A stretch of DNA of 64,000 bases, taken from Fidelibacterota bacterium (GTDB lineage: Bacteria; Fidelibacterota; JAANXI01). The stretch covers positions 92,332-156,331 of the forward strand of contig JAIPJS010000003.1 of NCBI GenBank assembly GCA_021734025.1, written 5' to 3'. The position numbers and the translations under genes are program-made. This document shows positions 30,915-39,283 of this stretch, piece by piece. The notes under the pieces are model-generated. The model saw only the letters and a program-made list of their open reading frames with translations, did not search any database and had not been told where the DNA came from. Numbering within the stretch: position 1 is the stretch's first letter; the number at the start of each line of letters is the position of its first letter.

Positions 30915-31200
30915 TAGGGTTTAAGGTATAAGAGTATAGGGGTATAGGGGTATAGGGATATAGGGATAAAATGGAGAATCGAGAAAGAAGAAAGGAAATA
31001 TCCAATATCCAATTTCCAATTTCCAGGTTCACCACACAACAGGAGAAAGCCGTTGGGAGTCATCGCTTCAGCCGTTTTTTGGTTTTGAAAAAAGAATGAA
31101 AATTGAAGAAGTGAGAAACAACGAACTAAAGCGCGACGAATGCCGGGACTACCAACGATCAAACGGTAATACTGTATCATTCCGCCGTCGTGGTAAAACG
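30915..31200 (+). repeat. Composite intergenic repeat element, copy A (head of GGTATAGG/GGAGAA/TCCAATA oligomer arrays plus a conserved 3' module)
   Basis: GGTATAAGAGTATAGGGGTATAGGGGTATAGGGATATAGGGATAAAATGGAGAA...ATATCCAATATCCAATTTCCAATTTCC...TTCACCA..ACAGGAGAAA..GGTTTTGAAAAAAGAATGAAAA..ACGAACTAAAGCGCGACGAATGCCGGGACTACCAACGATCAAAC. Alignable across about 300 bp to the reverse complement of 62095-62445. Confidence 0.7.
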
Positions 31201-31225
31201 GCGGAAATAAGGTAACCCTTTCTGT

Positions 31226-32644
31226 TTACACTGCAATAAACCCCACAATTACATAGATAACCAATGCGATTCCGGCGCTGACGAGGGCATACGGAATCTG
31301 GGTGTTAACATGGTCAATATGGTCGGTGGCTGCGGCCATGGAGGCCACGACTGTAGTATCCGATATCGGGGAGCAGTGATCGCCGAACACGCCGCCGCCG
31401 AGCACGGCGGAAACCGCCAGGGGAATGCTGACCCCTGCGTCCATCGCTAAGGGAAGCGCAAGTGGCATCATAAGCGCAAAAGTACCAAAGGAGGTACCGG
31501 TGGAGAATGCGATAAATCCGGCGGTTATAAACACGACGGCCGGAATCAGTGCCGGCGTAAGAAAACCTGAAGCCATGGATGCGATATATTCGCCGGTACC
31601 GAGTTCGTTGCATGTATTCCCCAGGGCAAACGCCAGTAGCATAATCGCGCCCAGAGATATCATACCGCCGGCACCTTTCACAGAGACGTCCACCACTTCG
31701 GTGACTTTCATAATCCCGGTACTACGATACAGTATGCCAGCAGCGCCAATCGCAAACATTACCGCCCAAAAGACCGATGTTGAGCCTGAACCCTGCGTAA
31801 TACTTCCATCACCTGTGATATACATGGCTACCGGCATCGTTCCCACCATCACGAGGACCGGAATCACCATATTGCGGGCATGATGCCTGATGTCCGGCTT
31901 CGCATCGAGCATTGTGATGCTTTCATCCATCAGCGGCATAGCGCCCTTCCGTAAAAGGGCGCCCGTCTCCCTGATCCTGGTTTCGGCTTTATGCATTGGG
32001 CCGAAATCCGATTGACTGAAGATGATATAAAGCACAAAGAGTATGGCTACGATGGAGTAAAAATTCATTGGAATAGACCACAACAGCTGCCGCACCGGAT
32101 CGTCAATACCCTGGGCAGCGATTAATCCAATGGCAAACGCACCCCACGCATTCAATGGGACCAGCATACAGGCCGGGGCCGACGTGGAATCCAGGATATA
32201 TGAGAGCTTCTCCCGGCTGATTTTCATGGTGTCAAACAAGGGACGTGAAATTGCTCCGGCGACTAATATCTTGATGCTGCTTTCAATGAATATGATAATC
32301 CCGAGAATCCAGACCAGGAGTTGCGCCGTAAAGCGGTTGGTAATGAGTTTTTTCCGGATTACGTAATCCACAAAGCCTTCCACACCGCCAGAACGCTGCA
32401 TCAGAGCAATTAAACTCCCTACCAGCACGCTAAACAGGATCACGCGGGTGCTGCCGGCGTCAGCGAAAACCGTCACCAGAGAGCCGAGCGCGTCCGTGAG
32501 TCCAGCCAGCGGATTCCAGGAATTAAGCAGCATCCAGCCAAACCATATTCCGGAAAACAGGGAGAGGATAACCTGTTTCGTGCGCATTGCCAGGAGTATC
32601 GCCACCACCGGCGGGAGAATGACCAGCCAGCCAGGTTCTGTCAT
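31226..32644 (-). CDS. Na+/H+ antiporter NhaC family transporter
   Basis: 472 aa, about 12 TM segments. N-terminal LPPVVAILLAMRTKQVILSLFSGIW and overall NhaC-family pattern. Confidence 0.8.
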   Translation of the reverse strand: MTEPGWLVILPPVVAILLAMRTKQVILSLFSGIWFGWMLLNSWNPLAGLTDALGSLVTVFADAGSTRVILFSVLVGSLIALMQRSGGVEGFVDYVIRKKLITNRFTAQLLVWILGIIIFIESSIKILVAGAISRPLFDTMKISREKLSYILDSTSAPACMLVPLNAWGAFAIGLIAAQGIDDPVRQLLWSIPMNFYSIVAILFVLYIIFSQSDFGPMHKAETRIRETGALLRKGAMPLMDESITMLDAKPDIRHHARNMVIPVLVMVGTMPVAMYITGDGSITQGSGSTSVFWAVMFAIGAAGILYRSTGIMKVTEVVDVSVKGAGGMISLGAIMLLAFALGNTCNELGTGEYIASMASGFLTPALIPAVVFITAGFIAFSTGTSFGTFALMMPLALPLAMDAGVSIPLAVSAVLGGGVFGDHCSPISDTTVVASMAAATDHIDHVNTQIPYALVSAGIALVIYVIVGFIAV

Positions 32645-32834
32645 AAGAACTGTCCTATGTCGGTTGTCGGGAAGAAATTCGGAGAAAAATAATAAAACCG
32701 GGTCCGAAATGCGATGGGTGAATTGCGTATCGCGATCAATCCGCCATTTCTCAACTTGTATTGAAAACGAGAGTTTTGTACTCTTTAATCACTCTTAATG
32801 AGTCTGCCAGAGAATTGTTGTATATTACGAGCCT

Positions 32835-34187
32835 ATGAAACCACTCAGGTTTATTCACACTGCTGATTTGCACCTCGGAAGCCCGCTGAAAAGTATCGGC
32901 GAGGTTTCCGGAGAGCTACAGGAGCAGCTTCACAACGCCACGTTTACTGCATTGCGACAAATCGTTAGTGCTGCTATTGAGCTGGAGGTGGACTTTGTCC
33001 TGATCGCCGGAGATTTATATGATCTGGAATCCAGGAGTATCCGCGCCAACCGAATTGTTGCTCAGCAACTCCGCCGATTGGATGAAGCCGGAATCAACGC
33101 TTATCTCATCGCCGGGAATCATGATCCGCTTACCAGAGAAGGAGCGGATGCCTTTGATCTTCCAAAGAATGCCCATGTCTTTGGCACCGAAACGGAAATA
33201 TGCGAATATTCCAGAGATGGTGAAGTAGTTGCAAGGATTTTAGGGCAATCATACCGTTCGTCATCCGAACCACGGAAAATGTACAGCGGGTTTACGCCGC
33301 CGGATGCATCGGTTTGGAATATCGGGATGCTGCATACAGCGCTTGACCCGAATAACACAAGATACGTTCCCTGCCATCCTGACGATTTGGCCTCAAAACA
33401 AGAAATTCACTACTGGGCGTTAGGTCATGTCCATCAACAGCGGGTTGTGCAATCCGGAGAGCAGCCGATTGTCTATCCCGGGAATCCGCAGGGACGCGAT
33501 ACCGGCGAAACCGGTATCAATGGATGCGTACTTGTTGAAATGACACCGGGCGAGGAACCGGATATCTCGACGATCCCGACTTCGTCAATTATCTGGGATA
33601 TCAAAGACATCAGCATTGATCCGGGTGATTCTGAGCCACCAGAATCAATTGATGCTTTACTCGATCAATTCCGAAGTGCAATCGAAGATATGCCTGACGA
33701 AAATTATATAGACGAACCTATACTGCCGGCACATCCCAATTTCGAGGACGAATATAGGATCGATGGTCACATCATCCGGTGGCACGTGACAGGGAAAGGG
33801 CCGCTTCATGACGAGCTGGCCAAAAATCGGGAGGAGGCTGGCGAAACAATCACCGAGGTTCTTCGTGAGGAATTTGGGCAAATGTCGCCATTCGTCTGGA
33901 CCGAATCCGTTCGGATTCGCACCGGAAAACCGGTCCCACCGATCGAGGAACTCGCCGGGAACAGCGAACTATTCAGCGACATCCGAAAAATTATGGATGA
34001 GTTCTCATCCGGGGAGCCATCCGTAGACTTCGATGATATTTTGGGCAAGATATGGGATACATCAGGTGATTACGAGAATATGAATCCGGAACGGTTTGTC
34101 GCCGGGCAGAGAGATATTGAAGGGTTCATCGAAGAAGCCGGCCAGCGAATTGTCGAGAGTATCCTGGAACGGAGAGACGACTCATGA
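32835..34187 (+). CDS. DNA repair exonuclease, SbcD/Mre11 family (YhaO-like metallophosphoesterase)
   Basis: 450 aa. Calcineurin-like motifs (FIHTADLHLG; LIAGDLYD; IAGNHDP; GHVHQ). Confidence 0.75.
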   Translation: MKPLRFIHTADLHLGSPLKSIGEVSGELQEQLHNATFTALRQIVSAAIELEVDFVLIAGDLYDLESRSIRANRIVAQQLRRLDEAGINAYLIAGNHDPLTREGADAFDLPKNAHVFGTETEICEYSRDGEVVARILGQSYRSSSEPRKMYSGFTPPDASVWNIGMLHTALDPNNTRYVPCHPDDLASKQEIHYWALGHVHQQRVVQSGEQPIVYPGNPQGRDTGETGINGCVLVEMTPGEEPDISTIPTSSIIWDIKDISIDPGDSEPPESIDALLDQFRSAIEDMPDENYIDEPILPAHPNFEDEYRIDGHIIRWHVTGKGPLHDELAKNREEAGETITEVLREEFGQMSPFVWTESVRIRTGKPVPPIEELAGNSELFSDIRKIMDEFSSGEPSVDFDDILGKIWDTSGDYENMNPERFVAGQRDIEGFIEEAGQRIVESILERRDDS

Positions 34188-37048
34188 TCATCAAATCTCT
34201 CCTGATACAGGACTTTGGCATAATTCAGGGGCAGGAACTTCGGGACTTGAATAATGGGATCAATGTGATCGCCGGGCCGAATCGTGCCGGAAAAACAACC
34301 CTGATGCAGTTGCTTCGATATCTGGGGTATAAATTTCCGAAAACAGATCTTATGCCAGCGCCAAAAGTCTCTCGCCGGGCCAGGGCAACGATGCAACTCG
34401 AGGACGGCGCAGAAGTTATTCTGGAGCGGGACGGGCAGTCTGATCCTGTCCTCGCGGTTACCAGTGGCAGCAGGGATATTTCCATAGAGGACATTTTTCA
34501 TGTAGATGATTTTACCTATCGTCAACTATTTACTATCAGCCTGGATGAGTTGCGCAGATTCCCGGCAGGTGTAGATGGTAAAAAAGAGAGCCGTCGGCTG
34601 CAGTCGGTGTTACTTGGTGCAGGATTGACGGATGCGGCCAATTTGTCCGAGGTTTTGCGGGATTTTCGGAAGCAAGCGGAGGATATTGGGGGGAAGCACG
34701 GAAATCAACGGGTTTCGGAGTTTAAAGATCACAATCAGGATATAAGGGAGGCCGTTGAACAGCGGAAGGAGGCCAACCAACAAATCCGGATCTACCAGGA
34801 GAACCTGGAAGAAAAAAACGAGGTCGAATCTGAGCTGGCTGCACTAAAAGAGCAGAAGTCTTCTCTGGAAAAACGGCGCGTCCGGCTGGAGTTTTTGCAT
34901 CAGTATGCGGAAACATTTTTAAATTATCGGAATTTGACCGATGAATTATCCGGTGAAGAGAACCGGGAGTTACTCACTGATTTCGAAGAAGAATATTTGT
35001 CGACAGCCAAACGCTTGCTGGAAACATACCCTGAGGTCATAGAGAAGTACGGAGAGGCAAAGCGGGATTTTAAGCGTCAGGTGCCCGGTGATAAGTGGCA
35101 GGAAGTGAAAAACTCGCTACTGAATGCAACTGACGAAATTCGACGCTGGGAGCGGGAACTCTCGGGACTCCGGGAACAGATACAAACCTTTCGAAATGAA
35201 CAACAACAGATCGCGGAGAAACGAGAGGAAATTGCCACGGATTTAGGGCAGGTAAACTCCGACTGGGGCGAAGATTTTACAGCCCTTGAGACGATCCGGA
35301 CTGACCGGGTTGATCGCGCAGTACTCCGCGAAAAAATTGCCGAATTCCTCAGAGTAACCGACCGGAAGAGAGGCGCCAGCCAGGAGATTGATACGCTCGA
35401 ACAGCAAGTCGAGTCGATAGAGGATGAAATTTCAGAAATTGAATCGCACCGGAAAATCGACCCTGTGAAAATGTATGGAGTCGGGTTGTTAATCATAATC
35501 TCAGGAATTCTCCTGGGAATACTGACCTACCCCTGGATTGGTTTACTGGTGGGAATTGGCGGTGTTGGAGTGCTGGTGGTCAGATATCTGGGCGAAACAG
35601 AAGCCCGGCAGCAGATGAGTCGGCTTGAATCGGAATTGCGGCAAACGAAGAAACAGTTACAGTCCCGAAAGTCAGAACTTGAAGATCTTGAAAGTAAGTG
35701 GGAAAAATTAAACGAAGAGGTTGGCCAATACCGTGATACCCTGGGATTACCGGCTGAGGTACACCCGGAGAGTCTCCGGAATTATTTTGACGATGTAGCA
35801 GATCTCAAGAAACGTATAGCACAGTGGAACTCCCAGCGTGAAGACCTGAAGCGGGCAGAGCAAGATATATTGGAAAACCTGGATGATCTCCGCGGTGTCC
35901 TGGACAATATTTATCCGGAGGATATTGGGGAACCCGCTATTGACGATGCAGACGAATTGATGCATCGAATAACGCAGGCATCGGAGTGGCTGGACTCGGC
36001 GAAAGATCTCAATTCTCTGGAAGAACAGAAGGAAGACCAGGAGAAACAAATACATCGCATCTGTTTTCCGGATTCGGGACAGATGAACCTGGACGATGCG
36101 CCGTCTACCAGTGAAGATTATATTCGCTCTCTTGAAGAGTTTGTTGAGGAAGGACAAAGATATTCTGAGCTGACGGAAAAGGAGGACGAGGCGGAAAGGT
36201 TAGCATATTCTCTGGAAAACGGTTTTAACGCCCGTGTCAAGAGTGTATTCACCAAAGACTCCATGGAGGACGCCCCGGACACTCTTGAGGATTTACTCAA
36301 TATTTTGGAGGAATATTACGAGCAATTTGCCAGTGAAAAGGAGATAGCCGATAACCTTCGATCGGTGGAAAATTCCATTGAGCAGGTGACCGGAGAGATT
36401 ACGGATGCGCAGAAGCGCGTGGAACGCCTGAACGTTCGCCTGGAAGAATTGGCGACCACGGAAAAGCTGGAACAGGCCCAGGAACAGATCGACAAGGCCA
36501 GGAGCCGCCTTGAACCGCTTGCGAGGGAATTTGCGATAAACAGGATTGCAACCGCTATTCTGGAGCAGGCCCAGGAGCGATTTATGCATCGAACGCGGGA
36601 TGAACTTCTTACGTCAGCCAGTGAATATTTTAGGAGAATCACTTCTGACGACTATGCAAGTATCGCCCTTCCAAAAGAACTGGAAAATGCTGATTTCGTG
36701 AGCCTGACCGAGGACGGAAATTCGGTGGAGACCACCCGGTACCTGAGCCGGGGCACCAGAGAACAACTGTTCATGAGCGTCCGGCTGAGTCGCATCAAAG
36801 AGATTACACCGCCGCTGCCGGTTATCCTGGACGACAGTCTGGTGAATTTTGACAGTGCACATCGGAGACAGGCAGTTCGGGTGCTACAGGAATTGGCAAA
36901 AACGAATCAGATATTTGTGATGACCTGTCATCCCGAACTCGTGGAATTCCTTCATGAGGCTGGTGACGAGATAAGTTATATGACAATCGACGCCGGAGTA
37001 ATCGCCGGGAGCAGTTATACTAAAGTACTGGAGCATCTCCGTAGATAA
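34184..37048 (+). CDS. SbcC/Rad50-like AAA ATPase with long coiled coils and a central TM hairpin (YhaN-like)
   Basis: 954 aa. N-terminal Walker A GPNRAGKTT. Extensive coiled-coil sequence. Hydrophobic hairpin YGVGLLIIISGILLGILTYPWIGLLVGIGGVGVLVV. C-terminal signature/Walker B region (LSRGTREQLF...VILDDSLVNFD). Overlaps the nuclease gene by 4 nt. Confidence 0.7.
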   Translation: MIIKSLLIQDFGIIQGQELRDLNNGINVIAGPNRAGKTTLMQLLRYLGYKFPKTDLMPAPKVSRRARATMQLEDGAEVILERDGQSDPVLAVTSGSRDISIEDIFHVDDFTYRQLFTISLDELRRFPAGVDGKKESRRLQSVLLGAGLTDAANLSEVLRDFRKQAEDIGGKHGNQRVSEFKDHNQDIREAVEQRKEANQQIRIYQENLEEKNEVESELAALKEQKSSLEKRRVRLEFLHQYAETFLNYRNLTDELSGEENRELLTDFEEEYLSTAKRLLETYPEVIEKYGEAKRDFKRQVPGDKWQEVKNSLLNATDEIRRWERELSGLREQIQTFRNEQQQIAEKREEIATDLGQVNSDWGEDFTALETIRTDRVDRAVLREKIAEFLRVTDRKRGASQEIDTLEQQVESIEDEISEIESHRKIDPVKMYGVGLLIIISGILLGILTYPWIGLLVGIGGVGVLVVRYLGETEARQQMSRLESELRQTKKQLQSRKSELEDLESKWEKLNEEVGQYRDTLGLPAEVHPESLRNYFDDVADLKKRIAQWNSQREDLKRAEQDILENLDDLRGVLDNIYPEDIGEPAIDDADELMHRITQASEWLDSAKDLNSLEEQKEDQEKQIHRICFPDSGQMNLDDAPSTSEDYIRSLEEFVEEGQRYSELTEKEDEAERLAYSLENGFNARVKSVFTKDSMEDAPDTLEDLLNILEEYYEQFASEKEIADNLRSVENSIEQVTGEITDAQKRVERLNVRLEELATTEKLEQAQEQIDKARSRLEPLAREFAINRIATAILEQAQERFMHRTRDELLTSASEYFRRITSDDYASIALPKELENADFVSLTEDGNSVETTRYLSRGTREQLFMSVRLSRIKEITPPLPVILDDSLVNFDSAHRRQAVRVLQELAKTNQIFVMTCHPELVEFLHEAGDEISYMTIDAGVIAGSSYTKVLEHLRR

Positions 37049-37089
37049 TTACCTGGTGTGAAAAAGTAGTACGTACTGCGCAGCGGGGG

Positions 37090-37124
37090 ACTCGAAACTG
37101 GAACACCTCAACACTCGAACACTC
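37090..37124. repeat. Tandem GAACACTC-type octamer array
   Basis: actcgaaactggaacacctcaacactcgaacactc, between the ATPase gene end and the next gene start. Confidence 0.55.
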
Positions 37125-37175
37125 CGCCGCAGGAGGATACACTGCCGTTAAAACCGTAACATTGGAAAAAGTCCC

Positions 37176-38945
37176 ATGAATAAGTCATTCCTCATCTGTC
37201 TTGGAGTTGCATCTGCATTTGTATTAACTGGAAACCTGCAACTGTTTGCGCAGGGTACCGATGAATTCGGTCGATATGAGCGGAAATCTATCTCCTATAT
37301 CCCTGCCGTGTATATTCCGCGCTCAGAAGCCTATGAGATGAAAAATCATGAGATCGAATTTCTCATTGAGACAGTGAAAGACTACATCGAAATGCCCCGG
37401 TTCGATTACAACGAACTACCGGAAGAGATTACGGATACATTTGTGAAGCGCGCCCGGAAAAAGGGCGGTGTGACGCCATCCGAAATGAAGGAATTGCTGA
37501 ACGAAACCGTTGTCCCGGTGATTATGGACATCCTGAACACCCAGGCGGAAATCCGGGCCAGAGATTTGGTCACCGATGAGCAAAAAGAACAGTTCATAGC
37601 TACAAAGGCTCAGTCGTATGGGATTAACGCCGATCAACTCGAAACCATATTGAATTCCGCTTACCTATATATCCCGTATGTCGATTGGGTAAATTTTGAT
37701 AAGGACGAAGGAATGTTTACCTGTACAGTGCGGGGTGGATTGCTCTGGTTTCACGTTATACCTGACTCTGAAAATCCACGCGTTGAGTCTTTGTTAACCC
37801 AGGAGACCAGCTCATTTGGAAAGGGACAGGATGATCAGCGGTACTCTTTCCGGAGTAAACTCCTGGATGGCGATGAATTCGCACTGTATTCGGCGGTAGA
37901 CAACTTCGCCCGGAATTTGCAGGTGGCAACCCAGTCAATACCGGAATTTCAGCTCACGGGAATGGTCCAATACGTGAATAAGCAGAAGGTGGATTTTGAT
38001 TTAGGCCGCCGTGAAGGTATCAAGGTAGATGATGGCTTTTTCATCAAGGAACAGTACCAGTCAGGAGATGGAGAGATTGATCAGCGCAAGGTCGGTTTTG
38101 TCCGTACCGTCTCTGTCGGCGACAACACAGACGATCAGATAGCAGCATCGCAAGCAGTTGCCGTTACCGGAAACGAATTCACACGAGGAATGGCGTTGGT
38201 TGAGCATCCCCGGCTGCCGCTCGATATCAGTTTTAGGATTAGGACGTTGAATTATAATCTCTACAAAAATAGCGGGTACATCGCGATCGATTTTCCGTTC
38301 ACCAAGACGGAAATTCTGGAGGCATATTTTGTGGAAAGTTATTCAGGCGGGATCCCGGCGGTGGATCTGGAAGCAGCTTACCACATCGGTCGCTGGTTCG
38401 ACGTCCCAATGCTCTTGGCAAACGTAGGAGCAACTGCTGGCGTCGTTCCTGTAGAAGTACAAGTGCGTACCTTCGAGGATCACCAATATCATTGGGAATC
38501 CACAAACCCCACGCTGTTTCAGTTCCGGTTCGGATTAACCCAAAAATATTTTTACCGACGGTTCGGCCTCCAGTTCGGCGCAGATGTCGGACTCTCGGCT
38601 ATGTCAGCCACCGATCAGATCTGGTGGTTTAACGAAGACTTCGAGCTGGAACAATATAATATTTCACTCTCAAACAGAACTGTAGGAGGATCACTATACG
38701 GCGGTTTCGAAATGTTCCTGACGCCGGATATCACTGCCGGATTCGTTACCGGATTCCAGGCCTACCCTGAATCAGCCGCCTGGAGCTTTGATGTTGCCAG
38801 CGATTCCTACGATATTACCAACCTTGCAGAAGATCGGCCGAGTTATGACATCTCCGGTCGATTTATGAGCGTGTATGTCCAGTATCGGCCGCCGGCGCTC
38901 CCGTTTGATCCCTGGAATCTGATACGGGCCTCCCTGGGGATTTAA
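37176..38945 (+). CDS. Secreted hypothetical protein
   Basis: 589 aa. Signal peptide MNKSFLICLGVASAFVLTGNLQLFAQG. No recognisable catalytic motifs. C-terminal half rich in alternating aromatic/small residues, possibly beta-rich. Flanked on both sides by repeat arrays. Confidence 0.6.
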   Translation: MNKSFLICLGVASAFVLTGNLQLFAQGTDEFGRYERKSISYIPAVYIPRSEAYEMKNHEIEFLIETVKDYIEMPRFDYNELPEEITDTFVKRARKKGGVTPSEMKELLNETVVPVIMDILNTQAEIRARDLVTDEQKEQFIATKAQSYGINADQLETILNSAYLYIPYVDWVNFDKDEGMFTCTVRGGLLWFHVIPDSENPRVESLLTQETSSFGKGQDDQRYSFRSKLLDGDEFALYSAVDNFARNLQVATQSIPEFQLTGMVQYVNKQKVDFDLGRREGIKVDDGFFIKEQYQSGDGEIDQRKVGFVRTVSVGDNTDDQIAASQAVAVTGNEFTRGMALVEHPRLPLDISFRIRTLNYNLYKNSGYIAIDFPFTKTEILEAYFVESYSGGIPAVDLEAAYHIGRWFDVPMLLANVGATAGVVPVEVQVRTFEDHQYHWESTNPTLFQFRFGLTQKYFYRRFGLQFGADVGLSAMSATDQIWWFNEDFELEQYNISLSNRTVGGSLYGGFEMFLTPDITAGFVTGFQAYPESAAWSFDVASDSYDITNLAEDRPSYDISGRFMSVYVQYRPPALPFDPWNLIRASLGI

Positions 38946-38949
38946 TACT

Positions 38950-39075
38950 ACAGGTATAAGGTATAAGGGTATAGGGGGAAAAGATGGAAAAAGGAGAAGG
39001 GAGAATGGAGAAGGGTAAAAGATTAACTGCGAAGAAAATATGAAAATTGCAGAATGAAAAATGAAGAAGGAACAA
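38950..39075 (+). repeat. Composite repeat element, copy B (head only: GGTATAAGGTATAAGGGTATAGGGGG plus GGAGAAGGGAGAATGGAGAAGGG plus an A-rich tail)
   Basis: Begins 5 nt after the stop of the 37176-38945 gene. Same oligomer units as copy A. Generates spurious track ORF 38863-39075. Confidence 0.6.
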
Positions 39076-39202
39076 GATGAATGTCCAACCGCCCCACAGG
39101 GATCTCTGTGGGAGGGGTGGAGTTGTGTTGGAAAAAATAATTAGTAGAATGCAAGAGGTGAAAAATCCGGAGAGCGGCTACAAACGCCAACCTATGAAAA
39201 TT

Positions 39203-39240
39203 CGACTCGAACACTCGCACACTCGAACACTTGAACACTA
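39203..39240. repeat. Tandem GAACACTC-type octamer array
   Basis: cgactcgaacactcgcacactcgaacacttgaacacta. The upstream extension of the 39077 track ORF reads this as RLEHSHTRTLEH. Confidence 0.6.
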
Positions 39241-39283
39241 TCTACAACCCTCGGTGCTAAATTCAGACTGGAGAATTACCTAT

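Noticed and set aside
30915-31030. CRISPR array
   Set aside because: The repeat units are only 7-8 bp and directly adjacent, with no 25-50-bp spacers and no cas genes.
32645-32834. LexA/Cheo-box-like operator upstream of the SbcD-like gene
   Set aside because: Only short imperfect inverted repeats (AGAGT..ACTCT) are present, with no GAAC-N4-GTTC or CTGT-N8-ACAG pattern.
39077-39283. N-terminal 69-codon extension of the M16 peptidase ORF
   Set aside because: It runs through the GAACACTC array (translated RLEHSHTRTLEH). A lipoprotein signal with lipobox begins at the internal ATG at 39284.
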